A stretch of DNA of 64,000 nt from Escherichia coli (lineage in GTDB: Bacteria; Pseudomonadota; Gammaproteobacteria; Enterobacterales; Enterobacteriaceae): the NCBI RefSeq assembly GCF_024298765.1, contig NZ_CP101210.1; one strand, 5' to 3'. Positions 11,585 through 21,337 of this stretch are shown here, piece by piece. The stretch's first letter is position 1. Each line of letters opens with the position of its first letter. The notes under the pieces were generated by a model. The model saw nothing but the letters and a program-made list of their open reading frames with translations. It was not told the DNA's origin and made no database searches. The position numbers and the translations under genes were made by a program.

Positions 11585-12271
11585 ATGGAAATAACAAAAA
11601 ATAAAAATGCAACTATAAAAAAACAGTCATCAGCCGGCTGCTTTTCAATGTTTACTTTATCATTTTCCATTACCTTTATTCCTGCATTTCTTACAAACAG
11701 GCAGGAACTTATATCCAGGGGGCTTCTTGTTCCAGCATTATTTCTTGCTGAATTTCTAATTCTTGTTCCACTGTATTTTATTTTCTTCCGAAAAAGAGAA
11801 GGATTAGGAAGAGGTTCTTTTCGACTGGATGTTTTTTTTACTCTTTTCTCTTTAATAATGATTATTCAGTTATTTGTCCCTTATCTGCTGGCAGTGAGGA
11901 AAACGGAAGAATGGATGATCTCGCAAATGTCTTTTTCCGGGGCCATTTTATGGATTAATATATTTTCTTCCGTACTTCTTGTTCCTGTATATGAAGAGAT
12001 TGTATTTCGAGGGTGTCTTTTTAACTCTTTTAAATTCTGGTTTAATGACAATATTTACATCTCTGCTATTGTAACATCAGTCATATTTTCTGCATTACAT
12101 CTACAATATACTGACTTTCGTACATTTTTGATGCTCTTTCTGATATCGTTAGTTCTTATCAGTGCAAAAATAAAGTCGAATGGCCTGTTAATGCCCATAT
12201 TACTTCACATGGCGATGAATGCAGTCATAACAGGAATACAATATACGTTACAATATCACATAACAGTCTGA
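11585..12271 (+). CDS. CPBP-family (CAAX protease / Abi) intramembrane metalloprotease-like protein, putative bacteriocin self-immunity
   Basis: 228-aa polytopic membrane protein with family motifs EEIVFRG, FSALHL and LLHMAMN; ATG preceded by AAGGGAA Shine-Dalgarno. Confidence 0.75.
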   Translation: MEITKNKNATIKKQSSAGCFSMFTLSFSITFIPAFLTNRQELISRGLLVPALFLAEFLILVPLYFIFFRKREGLGRGSFRLDVFFTLFSLIMIIQLFVPYLLAVRKTEEWMISQMSFSGAILWINIFSSVLLVPVYEEIVFRGCLFNSFKFWFNDNIYISAIVTSVIFSALHLQYTDFRTFLMLFLISLVLISAKIKSNGLLMPILLHMAMNAVITGIQYTLQYHITV

Positions 12272-12695
12272 AATTGTTATTATGAGATATCTATAACACC
12301 TGAAGTTGGAAAAAGAAGCAAATAATTCCTTATAAGGAATCGTTTACTAATATATTTAGATGATCTCATATTTGTTTATGATATACATCTGATTAAGATA
12401 TAATGGATTATAAATTACTCAAAGGTGAACAAATATCTTCGCCTTTTCTCGTAGAAAGAGACTTGAAACTTATAATACATCTATATAAACGTGATTTAAA
12501 TCACGATTTGCAGTAAAAGCAATTGGTATAATTCATTGGTATTACTATTATTTCATCTATTGCACGAACTATTTTACAACAATAAAAAAGATATACAAAC
12601 AGCAAGAAGTAAAAATATTCGGATAAATAAAAATTTTTGCTACCTTGGTTTCTATAGTCTTTATTTCTAAGTTTTTCATAAGCACTCAAAGACTC

Positions 12696-12881
12696 ATGTA
12701 TAGGGACGGTTTAATAATGAAACTATTTTTTTATTTCTCGTTGTTCTTTATAATACAACTTATAAATTCAGACTTAGACACATTAACCCTTTATCTTTTC
12801 ATAAAGAAAATAATTCTTTCGTTACTTGCGAGTGTACTGTTTTTATTTGTTTTATCTTTCTTTAATAAAAAGAGGAAATAA
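12696..12881 (+). CDS. Putative microcin immunity protein (small hydrophobic membrane peptide)
   Basis: Hydrophobic ORF ending 1 nt before the microcin-like ATG; the track starts it at a TTG (12645); in-frame ATGs at 12696 and 12717; resembles MchI/McmI-class immunity peptides in size and position. Confidence 0.5.
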   Translation: MYRDGLIMKLFFYFSLFFIIQLINSDLDTLTLYLFIKKIILSLLASVLFLFVLSFFNKKRK

Positions 12882-12882
12882 C

Positions 12883-13206
12883 ATGAGAAATATAACAACC
12901 GATGAACTTGCTTTAATACATGGTGCAGGATTAGATAAAGATGCATCCGTTGCAATAGGTACTGCGGCTGGTGGTTTTTTAGGTAAAGCAACAAAAATCC
13001 CTGGTGCGGATATAGCAGGAAGTGCAATTGGAGGATATATTGGAGGAGTTATTGCTGATGGTTCAAATAGGACAATAACAATACCATCAAACGGTATTAA
13101 CTATAATCCGGGTATAGGACTTGGAAGTTTTAATCCAAACTACAATGGAGGTTTATTAAACTCAGGATTTAACTCATCAACATCCTCTTCTAGTAGTGGA
13201 AGTTGA
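12883..13206 (+). CDS. Class IIb (siderophore-type) microcin-like precursor, not assignable to a named microcin
   Basis: 107-aa ORF; leader MRNITTDELALIHGA|G of double-glycine type; Gly/Ala/Ile-rich core; C-terminal Ser-rich tail SSTSSSSSGS as in salmochelin-modified microcins; AAGAGG Shine-Dalgarno overlaps the upstream stop; convergent on mchF. Confidence 0.7.
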   Translation: MRNITTDELALIHGAGLDKDASVAIGTAAGGFLGKATKIPGADIAGSAIGGYIGGVIADGSNRTITIPSNGINYNPGIGLGSFNPNYNGGLLNSGFNSSTSSSSSGS

Positions 13207-13215
13207 TTAATTTCT

Positions 13216-13253
13216 AAAGCAGCATAGCTTATTATGCAGCAATGCTGCTTTTA
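13216..13253 (+). terminator. Rho-independent terminator after the microcin-like gene
   Basis: AAGCAGCAT...ATGCTGCTT inverted repeat followed by TTTT, 10 bp after the stop. Confidence 0.45.
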
Positions 13254-13266
13254 GTGATATATTATC

Positions 13267-15369
13267 CTAATTTGTAATTCTAAAAATCCGATCAACTGTT
13301 CTTAAAGTTGTCTCTCTATGTGCAATAATCACCCGGGTGATATTCATCTTTTTTATAGCAGCATTCACGAAACGTTCACTTTCTGTATCAAGAGAACTTG
13401 TAGCCTCATCCATAAATAATATTCCAGGTTTCCGGTATAAAGCTCGGGCAATGAATATACGCTGTTTTTGACCGCCGGAAAGACCTTCCCCCAGTTCACC
13501 TATTAACGTTTCATACCCCATTGGCATTTTCATTATCACATCATGAATATGACTTGCTCTGGCACATTCTGTCATCCATTCGTCGTCTGTTTCTTCTGCA
13601 AACCCACAGATATTTTCACGAATTGATCCTGAAAATAGCCGGTCGTCCTGCATAACACAGGCTATCATACGGTGATAATTATTTATTCCAAGTTGACGTA
13701 TATCCGTGCCATTAACCAGTACTTTTCCACTATCTGGTTCAAACAGTCCACATAATACTTTCATTAATGTGGTTTTTCCGGCACCGGAGGCACCAGTTAT
13801 AGCCACACTTTCTCCCGGAGCCACAGACAAATTCAGACCACTGAATACCTGTGCTGACTGGCTGTCATACCGGTAGCTTAAATCAGTGGTTTCCAGTGAA
13901 ACCGGGCTCATGTCAGCAACGATTTCAATTTCCGGTTTCTTTTCTTCCTTTTCATGTAGTGCAATATCTGCAATGCGCTCATTATGCAGACTCATTATTC
14001 TCAGTTGAAGAAGAAAACTGGTCAGCGAAGCAACCCGATCCGAAAACTGCCCACGAAAAGAACCAAATGCCACAAACATCCCTATTGTCATCTGATTATC
14101 GATCACAAGGCTTGCACCCAGCCATAAAATCGCCACCTGATCACAGGCGGCAACAAAAGTATTTATCCCCCCGAAGAGCAAATCCATCCTGGTTAACTTA
14201 ATACCTGAATTGATCGCATCTATTTTCAGGTTAAGCCAGTGTGTTCCCCGAATCCCAGCCATACCCTGGATTTTTACCGTGGCAATACCATACAGGCTTT
14301 CCATAAAATAGGAGCTGGCCCGGGCCCCCCTGACAAGAGTTTCTTCCGATATTTGCCGGTAATAGCCGTATGTCACCAGACGAATAAGAACGTAAACCAT
14401 GGTAAAACCGAGCACTATCCAGGTAAGATATCCTCCATATAACAGCATCATCACAAAAACACCCACAACCATAATACTGTCCATGATTGCCCCAACAACA
14501 CAGGTGGTAAAGGTGGCCCTCAAAGTGTCAAGGGAGCCAAAACGCGACTGGATATCACCTAATTTACGGCGTTCAAAAAACGCCAGCGGCAGTCTGAGAA
14601 GATGGTTAAACAGACCCGACTGCCACTGTATATTGATGAGCGTGCTCATAACCAGTGAGGACCATGCACGCAGCATACTCACCGCGGCCCTGAGCAATAT
14701 AAAGAACATCAGGCCAGCAGAAATAAGCGTCAGCAGCCCTCTGTCCCCCGCCGGAATCGCATGATCCATAACCAGCTGAGTTCCCACCGGCATTACCAGA
14801 TTGATTGCTTCAATTACAACTGACAGACAGAAAATTTTCGCCAGTGTTCTTTTAATACCGTAAATACTGTTAATCAGTGAACGGAGACTTATGCGGGTCT
14901 GCTGGGTTTCCGCCAGGAATTCACTTCCGGGCCAGACCTCAAGTGCAATGCCCGTAAAATACCGGCTCATTTCCTCCCGACCGAGATATCTTCTGCCTCT
15001 GGCCGGATCATGCAGTACATAACGGTTACGCTTTACGCTGACCAGCACGACGAAGTGACTGAAATCCCAGTGGAGAATACACGGCATTTTGAGGGCACCA
15101 AGTTCATCCAGCTCCAGTGAAAGAGCCCGGGTGACCATCCCCAGCTGCTCCGCTATTCCATTGATTCCTGCAAGGTTTGCTCCACGGGCCGAGAGATTAA
15201 ACTTCCGGCGAAGAGATATCAGGTCAATATTCTTACCAAAATGACCGCATATCATTGCCAGGCAGGCCAGTCCACATTCAGCGGTCTCCGTCTGATGAAT
15301 AACCGGAACACGACGTCGCCAGCGCATATCAAGCTGATTTATAATTTGTCTGAAATTCCCGTTAGTCAT
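13267..15369 (-). CDS. mchF: Microcin ABC exporter with N-terminal C39 peptidase domain (CvaB/MchF family)
   Basis: C39 peptidase motif [15 protein letters not shown], six TM segments, Walker [13 protein letters not shown] signature LSGGQKQR. Track start 15387 is GTG; ATG at 15369 gives [10 protein letters not shown]. Confidence 0.9.
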   Translation of the reverse strand: MTNGNFRQIINQLDMRWRRRVPVIHQTETAECGLACLAMICGHFGKNIDLISLRRKFNLSARGANLAGINGIAEQLGMVTRALSLELDELGALKMPCILHWDFSHFVVLVSVKRNRYVLHDPARGRRYLGREEMSRYFTGIALEVWPGSEFLAETQQTRISLRSLINSIYGIKRTLAKIFCLSVVIEAINLVMPVGTQLVMDHAIPAGDRGLLTLISAGLMFFILLRAAVSMLRAWSSLVMSTLINIQWQSGLFNHLLRLPLAFFERRKLGDIQSRFGSLDTLRATFTTCVVGAIMDSIMVVGVFVMMLLYGGYLTWIVLGFTMVYVLIRLVTYGYYRQISEETLVRGARASSYFMESLYGIATVKIQGMAGIRGTHWLNLKIDAINSGIKLTRMDLLFGGINTFVAACDQVAILWLGASLVIDNQMTIGMFVAFGSFRGQFSDRVASLTSFLLQLRIMSLHNERIADIALHEKEEKKPEIEIVADMSPVSLETTDLSYRYDSQSAQVFSGLNLSVAPGESVAITGASGAGKTTLMKVLCGLFEPDSGKVLVNGTDIRQLGINNYHRMIACVMQDDRLFSGSIRENICGFAEETDDEWMTECARASHIHDVIMKMPMGYETLIGELGEGLSGGQKQRIFIARALYRKPGILFMDEATSSLDTESERFVNAAIKKMNITRVIIAHRETTLRTVDRIFRITN

Positions 15370-16636
15370 TGAGCGGTCCTGTTGCACTGTGTTTCATGTC
15401 ATAGAAAGGAGAAAGCATCCACTGGTAAATACGCCTTTTTTCCAGAAATAGTGTACTTTCGGCTTTCATTCCATTTTCCAGAGGGAGGTATTTTTCGTCA
15501 TATCTGATAATCTGCTTTTCAGGCATCGCAATGACTTTATACCAGGGAACAGAGTCGCCCGGCGTATTCTGTGGTGCTCCCTTATAGGTCAACATTTCCT
15601 GTGTTGACGCAGGAGTCCTGGATATAGTTTTAACCGTAGCAGAGAACTGCCCAAATTTTTCTGCCGGAAAGGCTTCATAACGAATATTCACTTTGTCACC
15701 AGCCGAAATATAAGGAACAGCATCATTCGGGACCCAGAGAATAAGATAATAGTTTTCAATGTTCTCAGGAATAACCTGCAGAAGGCTGTCTCCGGTATTG
15801 ACCATTTGCCCGACAGTGACACTCAAGGAGTCAACTTTCCCGTCAGTCAACGCCCGGATAATGATTTCGCCCTCCACATCAGTGTTAACCAGTTCTTTCT
15901 GTAACTCATACCGTTGCAGTTCCATCTGGTAGATACGGTTATCAAAATCTGCAGCCTGAGTCTGAATCTGACTCTCCAGAGTGGTTATCTGCAGGGCATT
16001 CTGTTCGTTCTGTCCGCTCAGGCTGAGAAGATTGTTTTGTTGCTGATAATATAATGCCACCTGGTTAGTTAACTGATCTTTATTAATCAGCCCTTTTGCC
16101 TGATAGTTTCTGTAATTCTCCATATTGTTTTTCATTATTTTTATCCCTTCCTCTGCACGCTGTATAATATCTGATGAGCGACGAAACGCATCTGTGTATT
16201 GCAGGCGTTGTTTTTCCAGGGTATCTAGCGTTATTTTTTTACTTTCTTCCAGACGGGAAATAATGTTGTCCACACGAACCAACTGGTTTTCTATATCCCG
16301 ACGATGATTATCAGTGACAATACCACTACGTGTACTTTTACTGATGTCAATCAGATAAACAGGATCCCCTTTTTTTATCAACTGTCCTTCATGAACAAAC
16401 TGCCTGACAACAAATCCCTGTACACCTGAATATATATTGACAGCTCTTGGCCAGGTTGTGACCTCACCACTGACATTAACACGGCGGCTATAGGTACCAA
16501 CAATAATGAACATCAGAAATGCCGTAATAAACACTATGCTTCCCAGCATGATTAACCATAGTGGTATTCCGGGAAGTAATATTGCCCGTCCCTGCCACTT
16601 CATTTTTCTGTTTTCTAAAGCATCCTGACGAAACAA
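15362..16636 (-). CDS. mchE: Microcin secretion membrane-fusion protein (CvaA/MchE, HlyD family)
   Basis: 424-aa [30 protein letters not shown]..., single N-terminal TM plus coiled-coil; overlaps mchF start by 8 bp; first codon is TTG. Confidence 0.9.
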   Translation of the reverse strand: MFRQDALENRKMKWQGRAILLPGIPLWLIMLGSIVFITAFLMFIIVGTYSRRVNVSGEVTTWPRAVNIYSGVQGFVVRQFVHEGQLIKKGDPVYLIDISKSTRSGIVTDNHRRDIENQLVRVDNIISRLEESKKITLDTLEKQRLQYTDAFRRSSDIIQRAEEGIKIMKNNMENYRNYQAKGLINKDQLTNQVALYYQQQNNLLSLSGQNEQNALQITTLESQIQTQAADFDNRIYQMELQRYELQKELVNTDVEGEIIIRALTDGKVDSLSVTVGQMVNTGDSLLQVIPENIENYYLILWVPNDAVPYISAGDKVNIRYEAFPAEKFGQFSATVKTISRTPASTQEMLTYKGAPQNTPGDSVPWYKVIAMPEKQIIRYDEKYLPLENGMKAESTLFLEKRRIYQWMLSPFYDMKHSATGPLND

Positions 16637-16788
16637 AATAGCTCCTCTTACTCACACTTTTCCTGTAATACCTTCACTGGTTAACCGAAATGCTATAATC
16701 AAAGCCAGAAAATATAGAGTCCTGTTAAAATAGTATCAGCGATGCATTTACCCCGTAATTTACAATTATCTCTGTATCTTCAGAGGTA

Positions 16789-17241
16789 CTACGTTTTATG
16801 CAGCCGCTCAGGGATGTATGTCACAATTTTCTTTCGCCTGCTTAACCATCGTACTTCTCCTTCTCCCCATGGCTGAAGCTGTATGAGATAGTCAATAACT
16901 TTTCGACCAAAGCCTGGTTTACAACAGAAATCCAGAATCCAAATCCTTCCATCTTCATTCCATTCAGACGGATGCAACCTGAATTCTGGATCCCTGAGCA
17001 GGCGCGCTTCTGTATCAGCCTCAAGATATGCCCAGGTAATATACGCCAGTGGAAAACCTCGTGAATCAAACAGGAATTTAATCTGATTATGCTGTATCGC
17101 ATATTCAGTCCAGTATTGAATGGTTAACACCGGATACAGACTGTAATTACGATTGTAGAGCATACAACTGACCGCAAAACCGATCTGTTCATAAACAGTC
17201 CATTCATCTTTTCCTCTGATGTTTTCCCTTATATAAGACAT
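16789..17241 (-). CDS. mchD: Microcin maturation protein MchD (MceI-like, HlyC-type acyltransferase family)
   Basis: 150-aa ORF with ATG start directly downstream of mchC; HlyC/toxin-activating acyltransferase-like sequence. Confidence 0.75.
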   Translation of the reverse strand: MSYIRENIRGKDEWTVYEQIGFAVSCMLYNRNYSLYPVLTIQYWTEYAIQHNQIKFLFDSRGFPLAYITWAYLEADTEARLLRDPEFRLHPSEWNEDGRIWILDFCCKPGFGRKVIDYLIQLQPWGEGEVRWLSRRKKIVTYIPERLHKT

Positions 17242-17266
17242 GATTACTATTTCCCTTATATATTTT

Positions 17267-18817
17267 TTACACTGTGTTTCTTATCGGTTCAAGATATCCA
17301 AATGCATCTCTGGAAAACTTAAGCATAAAATTTTTCATATCAGAAATTGCTTCTTGTAAAAAAAGGGGATCATCGCCATGATTATCCAGCAGGATGGCAA
17401 TTTTTTCGCACATATTCTCTTTCCTCAGCTCTTCCCTGGGTTGCAGCCTTTTCATGGTATGATGTTCAATTTCTTTCAGGAGTAATGAGGCATTTATCTG
17501 ACGTCTGGTACTGCCTTGCGTCAGCCAGTGGATGGCCTGGGAAAAACACTGTTGTGCAACGGTGAAATAAACATCATTCTTGATGCTACTATTCAGTGCC
17601 TGCTTTTGATTATGCCTATGATGGATTAGCGTCACAACCAACTTTTGCAATGGTGAACCATCCTGATTGACAATATCTTGGGCATGTGATTTCTCGCAGT
17701 ATTGATTGAGTAATGCAACAAAACTGTTAACCAGTTCTTTCAATATATCAGGTATCTCTTTTTGTGTTATAAATTCTCCAGGAATACCCAACAGTTCTAG
17801 ATAACAGTAATAACATGCTTCATGAAAAGTTTTCTGAAATATCTCCTCAACCTTCAAACGGGCTGCAAGAGTGAAGTCAGGGTCAAACATATATTTTCCG
17901 ATATACAAGCAGAGATCAGACAGCCCTTGCATAAGTACCATCGGTTCTTTTGCCAGTTCAGCTAATCTTAGTTTATACCCAAAATCAGCTGGGGAATCTC
18001 CCGGAAACAGACAACTGAGTCCGCTAAAATCCATTAATCTGCCATCCATTGCAATATTAGAAGGAGAAGTTGTCAATCTCAGGAAACGTGTTCGACAAAA
18101 TGCCATTTGCCAGGCCTCACGACGTGCCAGTTCACATAACCCCTCAATGCAATAAATCCGGGGATCAGTTCGTGCTTCAGCATCAATTTCTTCCGGTGGT
18201 ACAGGTAGATATCCTGGCAGCTTGTGGATCACAGATCTAACCCGACAGGCATCGTGAATTAACAGACTGGAATACTCCGGTTTTACTTGGAAGTAAGGTG
18301 CCCGTTCAAAATGCGCCGGACGAACAACAGGCTCACGTACCAACAGGGCTCTTCGTGATTTCCTACCGGAGCGCTCAAATGCCTTTTCAGTATAGAGATC
18401 TGTAAGTAAAACCGCCCGAACCCGCACAGCACTATAAGGTAATATTTGAGCCAGTACTTCTCCCCACAAAGCCTCATATATTGCATGAACAGCGCCGAGT
18501 GCACCATTAGAATGACGTTCGTCAGTACCTTCGCCAACCAACGGATTACTTCCTATTCCTTTAACCTGGTAGTTACCATCAAACCCACAACGTGCACCAC
18601 CTCCATTACGCTGAATACCACTGCCACCATAGCGCTCTGCATGGAACACTTTGGCAGAAGCTGTACTGCCAGGATCGATAATATAACTGCAGGCATTTTG
18701 CAGCTCGTCTGGATTTCTGACATCCTCTGCACACCAGATTAATGAGGCCTTGATCTGCCTGGCAGTGAAAGGCACCAGGTTTTCATTCAGTTCAGAAAGT
18801 GAACACTGATGACTCAT
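17267..18817 (-). CDS. mchC: Microcin maturation protein MchC (MceJ-like)
   Basis: 516-aa ORF with ATG start, immediately downstream of mchB in the mchIBCDEF order. Confidence 0.8.
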   Translation of the reverse strand: MSHQCSLSELNENLVPFTARQIKASLIWCAEDVRNPDELQNACSYIIDPGSTASAKVFHAERYGGSGIQRNGGGARCGFDGNYQVKGIGSNPLVGEGTDERHSNGALGAVHAIYEALWGEVLAQILPYSAVRVRAVLLTDLYTEKAFERSGRKSRRALLVREPVVRPAHFERAPYFQVKPEYSSLLIHDACRVRSVIHKLPGYLPVPPEEIDAEARTDPRIYCIEGLCELARREAWQMAFCRTRFLRLTTSPSNIAMDGRLMDFSGLSCLFPGDSPADFGYKLRLAELAKEPMVLMQGLSDLCLYIGKYMFDPDFTLAARLKVEEIFQKTFHEACYYCYLELLGIPGEFITQKEIPDILKELVNSFVALLNQYCEKSHAQDIVNQDGSPLQKLVVTLIHHRHNQKQALNSSIKNDVYFTVAQQCFSQAIHWLTQGSTRRQINASLLLKEIEHHTMKRLQPREELRKENMCEKIAILLDNHGDDPLFLQEAISDMKNFMLKFSRDAFGYLEPIRNTV

Positions 18818-19088
18818 CTGGCAGTATTCTCCGTTTCAATTTTCATAAAAGAGTGTTCATAAAAGAGCAAGTAAGTGTCCTGACAGCTTCTTCCTTATTA
18901 CAGTAAAACTCTATTAATTACACATAAATTAAAAAATTATTTATCAACGACTGTAAATCATATCTTCATCAGTAAAGTGTTGAACATAAAAACACACTTA
19001 TAAATGGATCTTCTATCTGTTTTAAACAAAAAGGATATATTTTACAGGTACTACCGAAAAAGTGCCTGTAAAATAAATAAAAATATAA

Positions 19089-19316
19089 TTAGCTACCGCC
19101 ACCAGCAGAAGAACTGGCACTACCACTTCCCACGGTCGAGCCAATTGCTGTTGTCAAACCGGCAGATACGGCTCCAACTACAACCCCAAGTGGACCACCA
19201 GGTATTCCGGCGAGAGCTCCAACAATAGCTGCAGCACCTGCAGCATTAGCTGAAGTCGCTGGCGCACCTCCCGCCCCGGAAATATATCTTAACTGTGATT
19301 CTGTTATTTCTGGCAT
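19089..19316 (-). CDS. mchB: Microcin H47 precursor
   Basis: 75-aa ORF MPEITESQLRYISGAGGAPATSANAAGAAAIVGALAGIPGG...GSGSASSSAGGGS: double-glycine leader, Ala/Gly-rich core and Ser-rich tail matching MccH47 as I recall it (recalled residue 2 is R, here P). Confidence 0.9.
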   Translation of the reverse strand: MPEITESQLRYISGAGGAPATSANAAGAAAIVGALAGIPGGPLGVVVGAVSAGLTTAIGSTVGSGSASSSAGGGS

Positions 19317-19343
19317 ATAAACTGCATATAAACTCCATCATAT

Positions 19344-19553
19344 TTAACTTCCGTTTTTCCAGTCTGACCAGACCAGAATCCTTCGAATCCCATGAATCAG
19401 CTCAATAAAACCAAGAAATATTATAAAGCTTAGAAAAACGTCAACATAAGAATTCCCTTCGCCAACAATCCGAAGGGATGAAAGTGAAACCAATAAGATA
19501 GTAATAGGTAAACTGAATATAGCCGTCAATTGGGACAGTTTTTTATAACTCAT
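19344..19553 (-). CDS. mchI: Microcin H47 immunity protein
   Basis: 69-aa hydrophobic two-TM peptide immediately upstream of mchB; ATG start. Confidence 0.85.
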   Translation of the reverse strand: MSYKKLSQLTAIFSLPITILLVSLSSLRIVGEGNSYVDVFLSFIIFLGFIELIHGIRRILVWSDWKNGS

Positions 19554-19964
19554 TAATCCCTACCTGTTGCTTTATTTTCATTATGAAAAGTTACCAAATC
19601 TTAGCACCTCAGTCAGGAGAGTCAGGTCATCGATAAAGAATATTCCAGTAGAGTGGCGCTCATGATCAAAGATAACAGCAAAGTTGATGACAGTGCTGAC
19701 CGACTGTCATTTACAGAAACCCTGTTTGTAGCAAATTCCATCTTACCTGACCTCACCCAGACAAAGACAAAAGAGAATGATTGTTATTTACTTTTCAAAA
19801 AAAGTGTCATATTGTCCATATAAAGTCAAGAGGTATTTTACGTTATGTCACTGATGCAATTGTTAGTCAGGATCTCATGGTTGTCGCTCATGTATAACCT
19901 GAGACTTGAACGCACACTAATAGCGCTGACGGTCATACATCGGGAAATGTGAGGAGGCATAAGA

Positions 19965-20210
19965 ATGAATTGTGATAATAATCACAGAAATGAAGAATTC
20001 ATTGTTACCTTTGATAAAGGCAACAAGCAAGACAATTCAAGACGAAAACACGATAATTTTCCTATAGAGGTAGAATCCTCCGTAGAGCAGGAGACACACT
20101 GTATCACAAATAATAAGTCAGCTTCCGGTATAGTAACACATGACTATGATGCCGATTATATTTGTGGTTGTGGTGAAATTATGTGTCCTGGTTGCGGTCA
20201 TGACCTATAA
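19965..20210 (+). CDS. mchS4: Small Cys-rich protein, mchS4-like
   Basis: 81-aa ORF with strong GAGGAGG Shine-Dalgarno 8 nt upstream; C-terminal CGCGEIMCPGCGH cluster; position matches mchS4 in the H47 locus order as I recall it. Confidence 0.5.
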   Translation: MNCDNNHRNEEFIVTFDKGNKQDNSRRKHDNFPIEVESSVEQETHCITNNKSASGIVTHDYDADYICGCGEIMCPGCGHDL

Positions 20211-20365
20211 CAAACATTTTTGCAAACTGATACCTGATCAGGTACAAGCCTGTTGATTATTATGCTGAATATTTCATGTTATAAAACCATCGATATAAAC
20301 ATTAACAAGAAAAAACATATATTGTTTATCTGAACATTTATCGATGGAAAACCAAAGGGGAAAGT

Positions 20366-20800
20366 ATGTATCTTACGAAAAAGATTATAATAAGTATGAT
20401 GTTTATATTACCATCTGCTGCATTTTCATCAGATCCACCTCCCCTTCAACAATCGTTAGAAAAAACAACCTATTTTTCTATAGGTATGAATGGGTTTATA
20501 GGCTATCAGAGCGAAGGGGAAAAATTATACACACACATTCTTACATTAGATAATCCCGAAGAGATATTTAAAAATATAATAGAAAATAGAAAGTCAACTA
20601 AGGAGTCTAAAATTTATGCTGCTTGTGGGCTATATTATTTAAACGTAGAAAATATAGAGTCATTGTTTAATGAAAATGATAAACAAGAATATATGTCTGT
20701 CTTAAGAGGGGATATTTTAACAAAAATAAAACTGAATGATATTCTGAATTCTGTGATAATAAATGGTTGCAACACCAAATTAATATCTGAACATAAATGA
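20366..20800 (+). CDS. mchS3: Signal-peptide protein upstream of the I47-like microcin gene (candidate mchS3)
   Basis: 144-aa ORF with N-terminal signal peptide MYLTKKIIISMMFILPSAAFS; AAAGGGG Shine-Dalgarno; sits where an immunity gene would be expected. Confidence 0.5.
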   Translation: MYLTKKIIISMMFILPSAAFSSDPPPLQQSLEKTTYFSIGMNGFIGYQSEGEKLYTHILTLDNPEEIFKNIIENRKSTKESKIYAACGLYYLNVENIESLFNENDKQEYMSVLRGDILTKIKLNDILNSVIINGCNTKLISEHK

Positions 20801-20816
20801 GCAGGAGGTTTTTAAA

Positions 20817-21053
20817 ATGAGAGAAATATCAGATCACATGCTTGATTTCGTGAAAGGAGGGATGAATCTTAATGGATTACCTAGTTCTACTAATGTAATA
20901 GATCTACGAGGAAAAGATATGGGAACATATATTGATGCTAATGGAACATGCTGGGCTCCGGGTACTCCATCCATCATCATGTATCCGGGGGGAAGTGGAC
21001 CTTCTTATAGTATGAGTAGTTCCACATCCAGCGTAAACAGCGGCACATCATAA
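20817..21053 (+). CDS. mchS2: Microcin I47-like precursor
   Basis: 78-aa ORF MREISDHMLDFVKGG|MNLNGLPSSTNVIDLRGKDMGTYIDANGTCWAPGTPSIIMYPGGSGPSYSMSSSTSSVNSGTS: double-glycine leader, Ser-rich tail; closely resembles MccI47 as recalled; GCAGGAGG Shine-Dalgarno. Confidence 0.75.
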   Translation: MREISDHMLDFVKGGMNLNGLPSSTNVIDLRGKDMGTYIDANGTCWAPGTPSIIMYPGGSGPSYSMSSSTSSVNSGTS

Positions 21054-21085
21054 ATACCCTCCGGCATGGCCGGAGGGTATTTATG
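21054..21085 (+). terminator. Rho-independent terminator after mchS2
   Basis: Perfect 11-bp stem TACCCTCCGGC/GCCGGAGGGTA with 3-nt loop, then T-rich tract, starting 1 nt after the stop. Confidence 0.5.
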
Positions 21086-21337
21086 ATGTGCCTGTAAGAC
21101 TCTACTTCTGTCGTCTCTTTACAAAGGCATATGATCTGTCATTTTGTACCAGACATCTTAACGAGAGCCTTTTCATATATTACTTACATACGTGAAATCT
21201 ACAGTATAAAGCAAAAATTTTATTAAACCTGTTTTATATTTATCATCAATACAACAGATTTAATTCCGGAAAGTCACTCATCATCCCTTGAATGAACGTC
21301 ATTTGATGTATTATTCTTACACTTGGATTAATTTAAG

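Noticed and set aside
19560-19760. Expected small mchX-like regulatory ORF upstream of mchI
   Set aside because: Minus-strand reading from the two candidate ATGs gave only 13-14 codon ORFs; I could not locate a convincing mchX, so none is reported.
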